From Alcanivoracaceae bacterium (GTDB lineage Bacteria; Pseudomonadota; Gammaproteobacteria; Pseudomonadales; Alcanivoracaceae), in contig DAHVSB010000001.1 in assembly GCA_027324795.1 (NCBI GenBank), positions 4,264 to 68,263 on the forward strand: 64,000 bases of DNA, read 5' to 3'. Of this stretch, positions 41,376 through 52,971 are shown piece by piece. A program made the position numbers and the translations under genes. Every line of letters begins with the position of its first letter. The stretch's first letter is position 1. Below the pieces are notes generated by a model. That model was not told the origin of the DNA. It was given only the letters and a program-made list of their open reading frames with translations, and searched no databases.

Positions 41376-42161
41376 TTATAGACTGCCCCCTGCTTGTTTC
41401 GCTGCTAAGTGCATTGCCTGCAATGCCTTTAATACATCGCTGTCTGTTCTGTGCGATAGCAAAGGCATTAACGCCACTTTTTTATTGCGCAAGGCTTGAA
41501 TGTCAGTACCCGGTTGTTCACCTGTACCAATAGCTTTGCTAAATCCTAGCCAATAGCTATTAATGCCGCGCCCGTCTGGGGTTAAACGAGCTTGCACCGC
41601 TGCAATATTTTTTTCAGCTTGCTGGCAATAACGGAATCCTTTCACCGCAGTTGCCTCCACAGCTGGGAAATTAATATTCCAACAAGCCGCTTCATCAACT
41701 GCTAAACATTGACGAATATAATCTTTCGCCAATATCTCACTAGCACTCCAGTCTATTTGTTCTCGGTCACCAATAAAGGCTTGGCTTAACGCCACAGCTG
41801 ACCAGCCTAAATGTGCAGCCGCTAAGGCAGCCCCTACTGTTGCAGAGTACTGGACCGCATCTCCCACATTGGCCCCCGAATTAACGCCACTAATCACCAA
41901 ATCAGGGGCTGTGTCCTGATAAAAATAAGCGCTTGCAAACAACACGCAATCAGCTGGCGTACCGGACAAAGCAAAGCGATTATCCCCACATTCTCTTAAT
42001 CGCAACGGTTGGTGCATAGTGATGCCCTGAGATAAACCACTACAATCTTGTTCTGGGGCTACCACCAATACTTCTGCTGCGAGTTCAGCAGCAATTTTTT
42101 CAGCAACAGCTAACCCTGGTGCATGAATGCCATCATCATTCGTTACCAACACCTTTAGCAT
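41376..42161 (-). CDS. surE: 5'/3'-nucleotidase SurE family
   Basis: 261 aa. MLKVLVTNDDGIHAPG N-terminal metal-binding motif, SGVNSGANVG. Confidence 0.85.
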   Translation of the reverse strand: MLKVLVTNDDGIHAPGLAVAEKIAAELAAEVLVVAPEQDCSGLSQGITMHQPLRLRECGDNRFALSGTPADCVLFASAYFYQDTAPDLVISGVNSGANVGDAVQYSATVGAALAAAHLGWSAVALSQAFIGDREQIDWSASEILAKDYIRQCLAVDEAACWNINFPAVEATAVKGFRYCQQAEKNIAAVQARLTPDGRGINSYWLGFSKAIGTGEQPGTDIQALRNKKVALMPLLSHRTDSDVLKALQAMHLAAKQAGGSL

Positions 42162-42338
42162 TACTCTTACCTACATCTTCATCTTTAGTTTAATTACGAT
42201 ATTAAGCACACCGCAGCAGGATCGCTTGCCAAATTTCATACGCAGTGGCGGCGTTATCTCGGATATAATAGCGCAATTTTTATCTATCCTAAGGCCTTCT
42301 TAATTGAGCGCCATTAATATGAATTCTTAATCTCCTGC

Positions 42339-42370
42339 ACTATACATACAGCACTGAATATATGTATAGT
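42339..42370. promoter_or_regulatory. 10-bp perfect inverted repeat (candidate operator) upstream of the RND operon
   Basis: actatacata - 12 nt - tatgtatagt, about 105 nt upstream of the adaptor-gene ATG, in a 314-bp AT-rich intergenic region. Confidence 0.35.
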
Positions 42371-42475
42371 TTCTACCTGTTTTTTTAACTTGCACTTAAC
42401 ATCTCGAGTGTATTTTCGCTCAGCTAAGGGCTGAATTTCACCCCTGTCTCCGTAATAAATTTATAAGGCTTAATT

Positions 42476-43618
42476 ATGCGCAGTAACATTCGTTCTCTGT
42501 GGCTCACTATGGCCATTGCCATCACTGTCAGCGCTTGTGGTAACGACACCCAGGAAAGCGCTACGCCGCCCCCTGCAGAAGTGGGCTTTATTACTATTAG
42601 CCCCCATGCCGTCACACTCGAAACAGAACTGCCAGGACGAACCGTTTCCTTCAAAACTGCAGAAGTACGCCCACAAGTAAGCGGCATCATTGAAGAGCGC
42701 CTCTTTGAAGAGGGCCAAATGGTAAAAAAGGGCCAAGCATTATACCGTATTGACAAGCGCGTTTACGCAGCGCAAGAAGCCACAGCGCGTGCCAATGTAG
42801 AGGGTGCAAAAGCCCAATTAAACATCCAGAACGTGCGGCATGAGCGATTAGAGAAGCTACACAACCGTAGCGCCGTAAGCCAGCAAGAATTTGATGAATC
42901 CAAGGCGCGAACCACTGAGCTTAAAGCCCAAGTAGCAGCTGCCTCAGCAGCCCTAGAAAGTGCTCGCATTAATTTAGATTACACCACCATCAGGTCCCCT
43001 ATTGATGGACAAATCGGTCGTTCCAGTGTGTCAGCAGGCGCGCTTGTTACCGCCGGCCAGCCAGAAGCGCTCGCCACCATTCGCCAACTTGACCCCATTT
43101 ACGTGGATATAACACAATCAGCTGCTAAGCTGCGCCAACTACGACAAGCCATTGCCGACGGCCATCTCGACGCCTCAGCTGAAACCATCACTTTACGCTT
43201 TGAAGATGGCAGTCCTTACGCGGAAAAAGGCACCTTACAATTCGCAGAAGTGGCGGTAAACGAAAGCACAGGGTCCGTTACATTGCGTGCTTTATTCCCA
43301 AATCCTGAGGGCGTGCTTTTGCCAGGTATGTATGTGCGCGCTAGCGTACCTGAAGGCCAAGTTAGCGACGCTATTTTAATTCCGCAAATGGCACTGCGTC
43401 GCGACCCTCGCGGTAACGCATCCGTTTTCTTACTCGACGATGATAACAAGGTTATCGCACAACCTGTGGTGGCAAGCCGCACCGTGGGTAATAAATGGTT
43501 AGTCACCGAAGGGCTTAACGCTGGTGACCGCCTCATTATCGATGGCGTACAACGTATTCAGCCTGGAGTAACAACCACCCCCGTGGCACTTTCTAATCAC
43601 GAAGGAGAGGAAGAGTAA
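42476..43618 (+). CDS. RND efflux periplasmic adaptor (MexA/AcrA family)
   Basis: 380 aa. Lipobox LTMAIAITVSAC, coiled-coil hairpin, IRSPIDGQIG barrel motif. Confidence 0.9.
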   Translation: MRSNIRSLWLTMAIAITVSACGNDTQESATPPPAEVGFITISPHAVTLETELPGRTVSFKTAEVRPQVSGIIEERLFEEGQMVKKGQALYRIDKRVYAAQEATARANVEGAKAQLNIQNVRHERLEKLHNRSAVSQQEFDESKARTTELKAQVAAASAALESARINLDYTTIRSPIDGQIGRSSVSAGALVTAGQPEALATIRQLDPIYVDITQSAAKLRQLRQAIADGHLDASAETITLRFEDGSPYAEKGTLQFAEVAVNESTGSVTLRALFPNPEGVLLPGMYVRASVPEGQVSDAILIPQMALRRDPRGNASVFLLDDDNKVIAQPVVASRTVGNKWLVTEGLNAGDRLIIDGVQRIQPGVTTTPVALSNHEGEEE

Positions 43619-43621
43619 CCC

Positions 43622-46600
43622 ATGGCTAACTTTTTTATTGAAAGGCCCATTTTTGCATGGGTTATTGCCATCATTATTATGTTGGCGGGGGTACTTTCTA
43701 TACCCATCTTGCCAATCGAGCAATACCCCCAGGTGGCGCCACCTGAAGTGAGTATTCGTGCCACCTATCGAGGCGCTTCGGCAAAAACCGTTGAGGACTC
43801 TGTGACCCAGGTTATCGAGCAACAAATGAACGGCTTGGATAACTTGCTTTATATGACCTCAAAAAGTGATTCTGCAGGCTCTGCCTCCACCGTGCTAACC
43901 TTTGCGCCGGGCACAGATCCCGACATAGCACAGGTACAGGTGCAAAACAAACTAGACCGTGCCATGCCTTTGCTGCCCCAGCAGGTGCAACAGCTTGGTG
44001 TGCAAGTTACAAAATCTTCTGATTCGTTTTTGATGGTAATGGGTTTTATTTCCACGGATGGGTCCATGGACAGGGCAGATATTGCCGACTTTATTGCTAC
44101 CAATATCCAAGACCCCATTAGCCGTGTACAAGGGGTGGGCCAAACGCAGCTATTTGGTGCGCCCTACGCTATGCGCATCTGGCTGGACGCATCAAAACTT
44201 AACGAGTTCTCTTTAACTCCGAGCGATGTGATTGCCGCTATCCAAGAACAAAACCACCATGTTGCTAGTGGTGAGTTAGGCGGCACCCCAGCTATTCCGG
44301 GGCAACAACTTAACGCTACGCTTATTGCTCAAACCCAGCTATCAACGCCAGAAGAATTTGGGCGTATTATGCTCAAAGTCGCCCCAGACGGTGCCAAGGT
44401 AACACTCCAAGACGTGGCGGATGTCTCCCTTGGTGCAGAGAACTATGCCATTGAAGGTCGCTACAATGGCCAACCTTCAAGTGGTTTAGCCATCAACCTT
44501 GCCACCGGTGCTAATGCGCTGGAAACATCTAATTTGGTACGAGAGCGAATAGCTGAATTAGAAGAGTTCTTTCCACCAGGGCTTAAAGTCGAGTTCCCCT
44601 ACGACACAACGCCCTTTGTAAAAATATCCATCACCGAGGTGGTCTATACCTTGATTGAAGGGATTATTTTGGTGTTCTTGGTGATGTATCTGTTTTTACA
44701 GAATTTCCGTGCCACCTTAATTCCTACCATTGCAGTGCCTGTGGTTCTATTAGGTACCCTGGCAGTGCTTATTTCTTTTGGGTTCACCATTAACACCCTG
44801 ACCATGTTCGGCCTCGTGCTCGCCATCGGATTATTAGTGGATGACGCAATTGTGGTGGTGGAAAACGTGGAACGGGTAATGGTGGAAGAAGGGTTGCCAC
44901 CGAAAGAAGCCACAAAACGCTCCATGAGCCAAATCATTGGCGCACTTGTGGGGATTGCTTTAGTGCTGTCTGCAGTGTTTGTTCCCATGGCCTTTTTCCC
45001 AGGTTCCACCGGGGCAATTTATAAGCAATTTTCCATTACCATCGTATCGGCCATGGTGCTTTCAGTGGTTGTGGCCATTGTGCTCACCCCAGCCCTTTGC
45101 GCCACTATGCTTAAGCCTATCCCCAAGGGGGGGCATGCACCTAAAAACACCCTACTTGGACGTTTCTTTTCAGGATTTAATCGCTGGTTTGAAAAGAGCA
45201 CCAACAGTTATCAGAGCTCGGTTGGGCATATCTTACAGCGCCGCGGCCGCTACCTCCTTATTTATGTGGCTGTTGTAGCAGTGCTTGGTTTGGTATTTAT
45301 GCGCTTACCTTCTGCTTTTTTACCCGAAGAGGACCAAGGCATTATGCTTGCTATGATTCAATTGCCTTCTGGTAGCACCCAAGAGCAAACACTAGAAGTC
45401 ATCAAAAAAATAGAAGATTACTACCGCGAAGAAGAAAGCGATGTGGTGGAATCCATCTTTGCTGTGGCAGGTTTTAGCTTTGCTGGGCGTGGCCAGAACA
45501 CTGGTATGGCTTTTATTCGCTTAAAGAGTTGGGATGAGCGGGATTTATCTCGTGACAGCGTACACGATGTAATTGCTCGTTCCATGGCGTACTTTGGCAC
45601 CATTCGTGAGGCCTTTATCTTCACCCTGAACCCACCAGCCATTCCAGCGCTTGGTATTTCAAGCGGCTTTAACATGCAGCTGCAAGATAGAGGTGGTTTA
45701 GGCCATGAAGCACTCACCCAAGCCGCCCAGCAACTTCTGCAAATGGCTAATGAGCATGAAGGCTTAATGGATGTACGGCAGAACGGCCAGCCTGATAACA
45801 CCCAATATCAGCTTATTATCGACCAAGAAAAAGCACGTACTTTGGGGGTGTCTATTAACGACATCAACAACACCCTGTCTATCGCTTGGGGTTCTAATTA
45901 TGTCAATGATTTCGTGGACCGCGGGCGTGTAAAGAAAGTATATGTACAGGCCCAAGCAGACTACCGCATGGTGCCCGAGGACATAAACAAATGGTTCGCT
46001 CGTAATAACCAGGGCGAAATGGTGCCCTTCTCAGCCTTTGCCAGTGGCAAATGGACTTCGGGACCACAGCAAGTGGAACGCTTTAACGGCGTCCCTTCTA
46101 TTAATATCCAAGGCAGTGCCGCGCCTGGCTTTAGTACGGGTGATGCCATGACCATTATGGAATCGCTCAGCGAGCAGCTCCCCCGTGGTTTTGGCTACGA
46201 GTGGACCGGCCTTTCTTACCAAGAAAAACAGGCGGGCAGTCAAGCGCCCCTACTGTACTTGCTATCCATGCTAGTGGTATTACTTTGCTTGGCCGCACTC
46301 TATGAAAGCTGGTCTATACCGTTCTCAGTTATGCTGGTCGTCCCCCTCGGCGTACTAGGCGCTGTGCTTGGTGCCTATTTTAGAGACCTCAATAATGATG
46401 TGTTTTTCCAAGTAGGCCTACTCACCACCATTGGGTTGTCGGCTAAGAATGCTATTTTAATTGCTGAATTTGCCCAAGACCTCGAGGCTGAAGGACGTGG
46501 CTTAGTAAACGCCACTCTAGAAGCTGTACGTATGCGTTTACGCCCCATCCTCATGACTTCCATGGCGTTTATGTTCGGCGTAACTCCTCTGATGCTTAGC

Positions 46601-46762
46601 TCTGGAGCAGGCTCAGGCGCTCGTAATGCCATTGGTACGGGCGTATTTGGCGGCATGCTAGCCGCCACTGTGCTGGCTATTTTCTTTATCCCACTGTTCT
46701 ATGTTGTGGTGAGAAAGTTATCCGGCGTGCCACTCTATAACACGTCTGACAAAGCCACTTAA
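43622..46762 (+). CDS. RND multidrug efflux permease (HAE1, AcrB/MexB family)
   Basis: 1046 aa. [22 protein letters not shown]-terminus, 12-TM layout, [13 protein letters not shown]. Confidence 0.95.
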   Translation: MANFFIERPIFAWVIAIIIMLAGVLSIPILPIEQYPQVAPPEVSIRATYRGASAKTVEDSVTQVIEQQMNGLDNLLYMTSKSDSAGSASTVLTFAPGTDPDIAQVQVQNKLDRAMPLLPQQVQQLGVQVTKSSDSFLMVMGFISTDGSMDRADIADFIATNIQDPISRVQGVGQTQLFGAPYAMRIWLDASKLNEFSLTPSDVIAAIQEQNHHVASGELGGTPAIPGQQLNATLIAQTQLSTPEEFGRIMLKVAPDGAKVTLQDVADVSLGAENYAIEGRYNGQPSSGLAINLATGANALETSNLVRERIAELEEFFPPGLKVEFPYDTTPFVKISITEVVYTLIEGIILVFLVMYLFLQNFRATLIPTIAVPVVLLGTLAVLISFGFTINTLTMFGLVLAIGLLVDDAIVVVENVERVMVEEGLPPKEATKRSMSQIIGALVGIALVLSAVFVPMAFFPGSTGAIYKQFSITIVSAMVLSVVVAIVLTPALCATMLKPIPKGGHAPKNTLLGRFFSGFNRWFEKSTNSYQSSVGHILQRRGRYLLIYVAVVAVLGLVFMRLPSAFLPEEDQGIMLAMIQLPSGSTQEQTLEVIKKIEDYYREEESDVVESIFAVAGFSFAGRGQNTGMAFIRLKSWDERDLSRDSVHDVIARSMAYFGTIREAFIFTLNPPAIPALGISSGFNMQLQDRGGLGHEALTQAAQQLLQMANEHEGLMDVRQNGQPDNTQYQLIIDQEKARTLGVSINDINNTLSIAWGSNYVNDFVDRGRVKKVYVQAQADYRMVPEDINKWFARNNQGEMVPFSAFASGKWTSGPQQVERFNGVPSINIQGSAAPGFSTGDAMTIMESLSEQLPRGFGYEWTGLSYQEKQAGSQAPLLYLLSMLVVLLCLAALYESWSIPFSVMLVVPLGVLGAVLGAYFRDLNNDVFFQVGLLTTIGLSAKNAILIAEFAQDLEAEGRGLVNATLEAVRMRLRPILMTSMAFMFGVTPLMLSSGAGSGARNAIGTGVFGGMLAATVLAIFFIPLFYVVVRKLSGVPLYNTSDKAT

Positions 46763-46771
46763 TGGCGACGC

Positions 46772-46799
46772 AAGCCGGTTCTAAGAACCGGCTTTTTTA
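46772..46799 (+). terminator. rho-independent terminator after the RND permease
   Basis: aagccggttc / taa / gaaccggctt followed by TTTTT. Confidence 0.85.
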
Positions 46800-46862
46800 T
46801 GCTTGCATTTCATGGTTTTTATGGCGCAAAGTTGATTATCCATACTAGTAAGAGGTACACCA

Positions 46863-48284
46863 ATGCCCTTCACAAAAGGTTTTTATATCAATGGTGCTTG
46901 GCAGCTTGAAAAGATGCCGAGAACCCACGTTCCCCTTATCGACCCCGCCACAGAAGCTGTATTGCACCAAGTGCCTATGGCCACAAAAGCCGAGGTAAGC
47001 GCAGCCATTGAGGCAGCTCATCAAGCTTTCCATTGTTACAGTCAAAGCCCTGTGCAAGAACGCATTGAGCTCGTGGAGCGCATTTTGGCCATCTACGAGG
47101 AATATCAAGACGAGCTTGCTCTAGCAATCAGCACCGAAATGGGCGCTCCCATCACATTGGCGCAAAAAGCACAGGCGCCATTAGGGCTAAATCAAATCAA
47201 AAGTGCACTTGAAGCAGCTAAAAGTTTTGCTTTTGAGGAAGCCAATAATGGCTACACCCTTCGCTACGAGGCGGCAGGCGTTGCGGCACTTATTACGCCT
47301 TGGAACTGGCCCATGAACCAAGCCATGTGCAAAATTGCCCCTGCTTTACTGGCGGGTTGCTCTCTAGTGTTCAAGCCAAGTGAACTTGCTCCACTTTCCG
47401 CCATGCTCCTCACCGAGATTATCGCCAAAGCAGAACCACCCAAAGGGGTTTTTAATATGGTGTTCGGACAAGGTGAGACGGTGGGACCGCAACTTTCTTC
47501 TGACCCACGCATCGACCTAGTCTCCCTCACAGGTTCTAACCGCGCTGGCGTTTCTGTGCTTCATGAAGCCGCCAACCATATTAAGCGCGTATCGCTAGAG
47601 CTTGGAGGCAAGTCCGCTAATATCTTGCTACCCGATTGTGATATTGAGCAAGCAGTGCAGAGCAGCATAAGAGCAGTCATGAATAACAGCGGGCAAAGCT
47701 GTAACGCCCCTACTCGATTATTAGTGCCTAAGCAACATTTGCAGAAAGTAGAAACTCTAGCGCGCGAAGCCTGCGAAGCTCTCACAGTGGGCTCCCCCAC
47801 AAATCCAGCCACGCGCCTTGGCCCCATTGCCAATCAACGACAATATGAAAGGGTTAAATACTATATTGAGCTAGGTATCGAAGAAGGCGCCAAGCTTATC
47901 ACCGGTGGCACAGAGCGCCCTGCGCATTTGTCGAGGGGCTATTACCTTCAGCCCACAGTGTTTAGCCAAGTACACAATCAAATGCGCATCGCCCAAGAAG
48001 AAATTTTCGGCCCCGTGCTGTGTATTATTCCCTACGATTCAGTGGAACAAGCCATAACCCTAGCCAACGACACCATTTACGGTTTATCGGCCTATGTTTA
48101 CGGCTCAAACTTAGAAGCAACCAAGGATGTTGCCAAGCGACTTAGAGCGGGTAATGTGCATATCAATAACGCAAGGGCCCAGCTTGAAGCCCCCTTTGGT
48201 GGCTATAAACAATCAGGTATTGGACGTGAATGGGGAAAATACGGGCTACTAGAGTTTTTGGAGCTAAAGTCCATATTCCAATAA
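46863..48284 (+). CDS. NAD(P)-dependent aldehyde dehydrogenase
   Basis: 473 aa. ELGGKSA and catalytic-Cys NSGQSCNAPTR motifs. Confidence 0.9.
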   Translation: MPFTKGFYINGAWQLEKMPRTHVPLIDPATEAVLHQVPMATKAEVSAAIEAAHQAFHCYSQSPVQERIELVERILAIYEEYQDELALAISTEMGAPITLAQKAQAPLGLNQIKSALEAAKSFAFEEANNGYTLRYEAAGVAALITPWNWPMNQAMCKIAPALLAGCSLVFKPSELAPLSAMLLTEIIAKAEPPKGVFNMVFGQGETVGPQLSSDPRIDLVSLTGSNRAGVSVLHEAANHIKRVSLELGGKSANILLPDCDIEQAVQSSIRAVMNNSGQSCNAPTRLLVPKQHLQKVETLAREACEALTVGSPTNPATRLGPIANQRQYERVKYYIELGIEEGAKLITGGTERPAHLSRGYYLQPTVFSQVHNQMRIAQEEIFGPVLCIIPYDSVEQAITLANDTIYGLSAYVYGSNLEATKDVAKRLRAGNVHINNARAQLEAPFGGYKQSGIGREWGKYGLLEFLELKSIFQ

Positions 48285-48293
48285 AAAGTCAAA

Positions 48294-48323
48294 CTTGCGC
48301 TCATCCATAGTGGTGAGCGCAAG
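48294..48323. terminator. hairpin between convergent genes (bidirectional terminator candidate)
   Basis: cttgcgctca / 10-nt loop / tgagcgcaag, with T-rich flanks on the minus-strand side. Confidence 0.6.
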
Positions 48324-48341
48324 CCTTTAACACAATCAGAC

Positions 48342-49493
48342 TTAGTCTAGAATATCTCTAGCAATGATTTCCTTCATAATTTCAGACGTACCCGCCAAGA
48401 TACGATGCACGCGCTCATCTTGATATAGCCGACAAATTTCATACTCTTCCATATAGCCTGCGCCACCATGTAGTTGCACCCCTGCATCCACCATGCGTCC
48501 ATTAATTTCACTGGTGAGTAATTTAGCACGCGCAGCATCCACCGAATTTAACTTACCTTCGTTATGTACTTGTACACAACGATCAACATAGCACTGCGCC
48601 ATATCTATCTCCGCATCTAAAGCCGCTAACACAAAGCGAGTATTTTGCATACGACTCAGTGGCTCACCAAAAACTTTGCGCTCTTTAACGAACTCTCGAG
48701 TAATTCGCAAAGCATGTTGTGCGGCAGCAATATTGCCGCAGGCTGCAATTAGACGCTCCTCTGCCAAACCTTGCATCAAATGATAAAAACCTCCATGCAC
48801 CTGCCCTAGCACATTCTTCTTGGGAATCCTTACATTTTCAAAAAAAAGCTCTGCTGTATCTTGAGACTTCATACCCATTTTTTTTAGGTTACGTCCGCGT
48901 TCAAACCCTTCCATGCCACGCTCAACCAAAAACAATGTAATACCATGTGGGTTATTTGCATGTGTTTTAGCTGCAACAATTATTACATCGGCATTAATAC
49001 CATTAGAAATATAGGTTTTAGAGCCGTTAAGCACCCAGTCCTCGCCACTTTCCACTGCCCGTGACTTCATCCCCGCTAAATCTGAACCCGCATCAGGCTC
49101 TGTCATTGCAATTGCAATAATACTTTCCCCGCTAATAAGCTTAGGCAAAAACCGCTCTTTTTGCTCGTCTGTTCCAAAGTGCTCAATATATGGCGCTACT
49201 AAACGACTATGTAACGTAATAAAGTAGCCTGGATCCCCGTGAAATGTATTTTCCTCAATTAAAATCTGCTCATATCGAAAGTCTTTCAGGCCTAAGCCGC
49301 CATACTGTTCGTCTGCCCACATGCATAAATAGCCCTGCTCACCAGCTTTTAAAAAAGCCTCTCTATCAACGATGTTTGCTTCACGCCAGCGTTCACTATG
49401 AGGGCGAATCTCTTTCTGAAAAAATTGCCGAGCAGCATCGCGAAACATATCCATCTCTGCCTCAAAGGGTAAGCGCTGCATAAGCTCCTCCAT
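48342..49493 (-). CDS. acyl-CoA dehydrogenase
   Basis: 383 aa. AMTEPDAGSD, YISNG, GGAGYMEEY motifs. Confidence 0.9.
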   Translation of the reverse strand: MEELMQRLPFEAEMDMFRDAARQFFQKEIRPHSERWREANIVDREAFLKAGEQGYLCMWADEQYGGLGLKDFRYEQILIEENTFHGDPGYFITLHSRLVAPYIEHFGTDEQKERFLPKLISGESIIAIAMTEPDAGSDLAGMKSRAVESGEDWVLNGSKTYISNGINADVIIVAAKTHANNPHGITLFLVERGMEGFERGRNLKKMGMKSQDTAELFFENVRIPKKNVLGQVHGGFYHLMQGLAEERLIAACGNIAAAQHALRITREFVKERKVFGEPLSRMQNTRFVLAALDAEIDMAQCYVDRCVQVHNEGKLNSVDAARAKLLTSEINGRMVDAGVQLHGGAGYMEEYEICRLYQDERVHRILAGTSEIMKEIIARDILD

Positions 49494-49513
49494 TTAAACT
49501 TTAGCGATAATTA

Positions 49514-50290
49514 TTATTTTCCTTTATATACAGGCTTTCTTTTTTCTAAAAAGGCACTTACACCTTCACGCCCATCCTCACTGCGGACACAGTAGTTCTG
49601 TAAGCTTGCTTCAAAAGAAATCGCATCTTCTAAATCTAGCATAGACACTCTGTAAAGAGCCTCTTTGGCGTATCTCAATGCTAACGGTGCTTGCTCGGCG
49701 AGCTGTTCTGCAAGCATTTGAGCAGTGTGGGCAAGATTATCTGCAGACACAACACGGTTGGCAAAGCCATACTGCAAACACTCTTCTGCAGTTAATTTAC
49801 CCCCGGTTGCAATGAGCTCATAAGCGCGGCGACGGCCCATCCCACGCAGCAATTGCCAAGTGACACCACCGTCAGGAATAAAGCCAATATGAGCAAACGC
49901 CATATAAATACTAGCGTCATTAGCCATAACACATAAATCGCAAGCCAGAGCATACGCTGCACCAATACCTGCCGCAGGCCCATTTACTGCCGCAATAACA
50001 GGCTTGCCCCCCTTGGCAATACGCATTAGCGAGGGTTTAAACTCTTTTTCAAGCTCCTCTTGCGGAAAAAAGTCAGGCCCCATATCGTCTTTCAAGTCTG
50101 CACCGGCGCAAAAAACAGGTGCCGTGGCAGCTAATACAATTACCCGCACGTCATCATCGTTTAAAGCACAGTCAAGCTTTTCAATAAGTGCCATACGCAT
50201 CATCTTATTCATTGCGTTGCGTGCTTGAGGTCGATTCAGAGTCAATGTGGCAACCCGGTTTTTAACCTCATACAAAACTACTTCCGTCAT
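49514..50290 (-). CDS. enoyl-CoA hydratase/isomerase (crotonase)
   Basis: 258 aa. FCAGADLKD oxyanion motif, AAVNGPAAGIG. Confidence 0.9.
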   Translation of the reverse strand: MTEVVLYEVKNRVATLTLNRPQARNAMNKMMRMALIEKLDCALNDDDVRVIVLAATAPVFCAGADLKDDMGPDFFPQEELEKEFKPSLMRIAKGGKPVIAAVNGPAAGIGAAYALACDLCVMANDASIYMAFAHIGFIPDGGVTWQLLRGMGRRRAYELIATGGKLTAEECLQYGFANRVVSADNLAHTAQMLAEQLAEQAPLALRYAKEALYRVSMLDLEDAISFEASLQNYCVRSEDGREGVSAFLEKRKPVYKGK

Positions 50291-50398
50291 TGTTTTCCCT
50301 CTATCACTTTTTATTCACAGGGCCAATCATGTCTCGTATCAAAAAATAGCCGCTCCACTCAACTAGCAAAGCAGCCGTAAGCAATAATATTACGTGTG

Positions 50399-51163
50399 TT
50401 AGCGAGCCTGCATGCGAATACCACCATCCACGCGAATAGTCTCTCCATTTACATAGGCATTCTCCACAATAAATTGCGCTGTTTTAGCAATTTCATCAGG
50501 CTGGCCTAAGCGCTGAGGGTTAAGCACGGTGGCCGATAGAGAAGCTATTACTTTCTCACCCAAACTATCGAATAGCGGTGTATGGATTAACCCTGGGGCG
50601 ATTGTATTAACACGAATGCCATATTCAGCCAGGTCACGCGCGACAGGTAATGTCATACCCACAATACCGCCTTTAGAAGCACTATATGCTGCTTGGCCAA
50701 TTTGGCCTTCGTAGGCAGCCACAGAAGCAGTGTTAATTATGACTCCACGTTCGCCATCCACAAGTTCATTTTTCGCCATTTCTGCAGCGGCGAGACGTAG
50801 TACGTTAAACGAGCCCACCAAATTAACTTGAATCACACGATTGAACTCATCAAGAGGAAACGGCCCCTTTCGGCCTAAGGTTTTAGCAGCACTACCAATG
50901 CCTGCATAGTTGATGCAAATATGAATAGCGCCAAACACTTCCATGGTTTTATCAATGGCATTGGCAACCGAAGCTTCATCAGCCACATTTGTTTGTATAA
51001 AAATAACATTATCACCAAATTCGTTAGCCGCGGCTTCGCCTGCTTCTTGGTTAAAATCCAAAATCGCCACCTTGGCGCCTGCTTCCACAAAACGCCGAAC
51101 TGTTGCAAGTCCAAGGCCTGATGCCCCGCCAGTAATCACTGCCACAGATTGTTCTAGCTTCAT
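50399..51163 (-). CDS. SDR, 3-hydroxyacyl-CoA dehydrogenase type-2-like
   Basis: 254 aa. TGGASGLG, NTASVAA, YSASKGG catalytic tetrad region. Confidence 0.85.
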   Translation of the reverse strand: MKLEQSVAVITGGASGLGLATVRRFVEAGAKVAILDFNQEAGEAAANEFGDNVIFIQTNVADEASVANAIDKTMEVFGAIHICINYAGIGSAAKTLGRKGPFPLDEFNRVIQVNLVGSFNVLRLAAAEMAKNELVDGERGVIINTASVAAYEGQIGQAAYSASKGGIVGMTLPVARDLAEYGIRVNTIAPGLIHTPLFDSLGEKVIASLSATVLNPQRLGQPDEIAKTAQFIVENAYVNGETIRVDGGIRMQAR

Positions 51164-51243
51164 TCTTTTACTCCATTGTTATTGCTGTCATTTCGATTGA
51201 TGTTCAGGGTCTTTATGATAACCGCACCCCTTGCATCCAACCA

Positions 51244-52956
51244 TTACACTTGTGCCCAAATTACTGGCTGCCTTTGTGCTAACCATTCCTCAGCGTTTGC
51301 CATATATTTATCTTCAATAACGTTGCGGCGAATCTTTAAGGTAGGCGTCAAAAACTCATTCTCAACTGTCCACTCTTCAGCCACAATGACTAGACAGTCC
51401 AAGCGCTCATGCTCATCAAGCGTGGCGTTGGTCTCTTGCAGAAACTCTGCAAGCTCCCCTGTGAGCTGCTCCACATAACCCTCATCCTGAAGCCGCGGCA
51501 AAAGCTCAGGTGAAATAGTAGCTAGAGCAATAGGCTGCGGTAACCCTGTACCTGCTACGCAAATAGCATCTAATGCCACATGCTCACTTAGCTTATTTTC
51601 CACCGGAGCTGGCGCCACATACTTTCCCTTTGCCGTTTTAAATAACTCTTTTACCCTGCCAGTAAGCTTTAAACGGCCATGGGCATCAATTTCACCGCGA
51701 TCACCGGTTTTCATAAAACCGTCCGCAGTAACCTCCGCAGCTGTTTGCTCTGGCATTTTATAGTAGCCCATCATCTGCGCTGGGCTTTTTACTTCAAGCT
51801 CTTCAGTTTCAGGATTAATGCGCGCTACCACTCCTTTTACTGGGCTACCCACATAACCTAAACGCACCTGTCCCACACGACTAAAATGCGAAGCAGCAAA
51901 GTTCTCTGTCATACCATAGCCATCAAGCATCTCTAGTCCTAAACTGCGATACCAAGCTACTAAGTGAGGCGATAGAGGCGCTGATCCCGTTACCGCTATA
52001 CGGCAATGATTTAGCCCTAACTGAGTCAATATTTTTTTGCGTACCACTCGGTTCAATAGTGGCACTTTAAGCAATTTGGACAATTTTTCATCGGGCATTT
52101 TCGCTGCCACAGCCTGATGGAATTTTGTCCATAAGCGCGGAACAGAGAAGAAAAACGTCGGTCTTGCTCGGCGTAAATCTTCAGCAAAGGTGTCCAAGGA
52201 GTCGCTAAAATACACGTGAAACCCGTTATACATAGAGTGCAATTGAACAGCGGCGCGCTCAGCCGCATGAGAAAGCGGCAAATAAGAAATCATCCGGTCG
52301 TCGGGGGTTAAACCAAAGCAATCAAACATCGCTTCACAAGCCCTAGCTGCCGATACTTGATTGTGCATAACGCCCTTTGGCTGCCCTGTGCTACCAGACG
52401 TATAAATAATAGTTGCTAACTCCTCTGGCGCTAGCAATCTCAGGGCCTCCAAAGGTTCGTGTTGCTTAATGATATCATCCCAATGCGGCGTATCGTTGCG
52501 CGGCGACATTGGTAACGAAACAATGGTTAAATCCTTCGGCAAGTGTGGCTCTATACCGTTCCAGTTATCCGTTACCCCATCCATTTTCCCAAGCATTAAC
52601 ATAATGGCATCACTGTGCTCAATCACATAGCCCGCCGACTCCCCACTCATTGTAGGATACACAGGCACACTGACATGACCCGCCATCCAAATGGCAATAT
52701 CGGCCATAATCCAGTGAGCACTATTTTTGCCAAGCAAAGCGATATGGCTTTTTTTTGGTAAATCCAAGGAAACCAAATACGCTGCCATGCGCCTCACTTG
52801 GTCTCCCACCTCAGCCCAAGTGTAATCCACCACCTTGCCATCTGGAAAAGGCTGGGTCATATAAACTTTATTAGGCTGCGTTTTTTCCCAATGCAGAAAA
52901 CGCTCCAAAGGGTAGGAAAGCAATTGGTTCGTATTCATTTCATTCTCATTATTCAT
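51244..52956 (-). CDS. AMP-dependent (long-chain) fatty acid--CoA ligase
   Basis: 570 aa. YTSGSTGQPKGVMH AMP motif, GYGMTE, TGDRGEIDAHG. Confidence 0.9.
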   Translation of the reverse strand: MNNENEMNTNQLLSYPLERFLHWEKTQPNKVYMTQPFPDGKVVDYTWAEVGDQVRRMAAYLVSLDLPKKSHIALLGKNSAHWIMADIAIWMAGHVSVPVYPTMSGESAGYVIEHSDAIMLMLGKMDGVTDNWNGIEPHLPKDLTIVSLPMSPRNDTPHWDDIIKQHEPLEALRLLAPEELATIIYTSGSTGQPKGVMHNQVSAARACEAMFDCFGLTPDDRMISYLPLSHAAERAAVQLHSMYNGFHVYFSDSLDTFAEDLRRARPTFFFSVPRLWTKFHQAVAAKMPDEKLSKLLKVPLLNRVVRKKILTQLGLNHCRIAVTGSAPLSPHLVAWYRSLGLEMLDGYGMTENFAASHFSRVGQVRLGYVGSPVKGVVARINPETEELEVKSPAQMMGYYKMPEQTAAEVTADGFMKTGDRGEIDAHGRLKLTGRVKELFKTAKGKYVAPAPVENKLSEHVALDAICVAGTGLPQPIALATISPELLPRLQDEGYVEQLTGELAEFLQETNATLDEHERLDCLVIVAEEWTVENEFLTPTLKIRRNVIEDKYMANAEEWLAQRQPVIWAQV

Positions 52957-52971
52957 TTAATTATTATGATG

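Noticed and set aside
42424-42756. 110-aa and 88-aa minus-strand ORFs overlapping the start of the RND adaptor gene.
   Set aside because: They are antisense to a well-supported lipoprotein adaptor gene and have no independent support.
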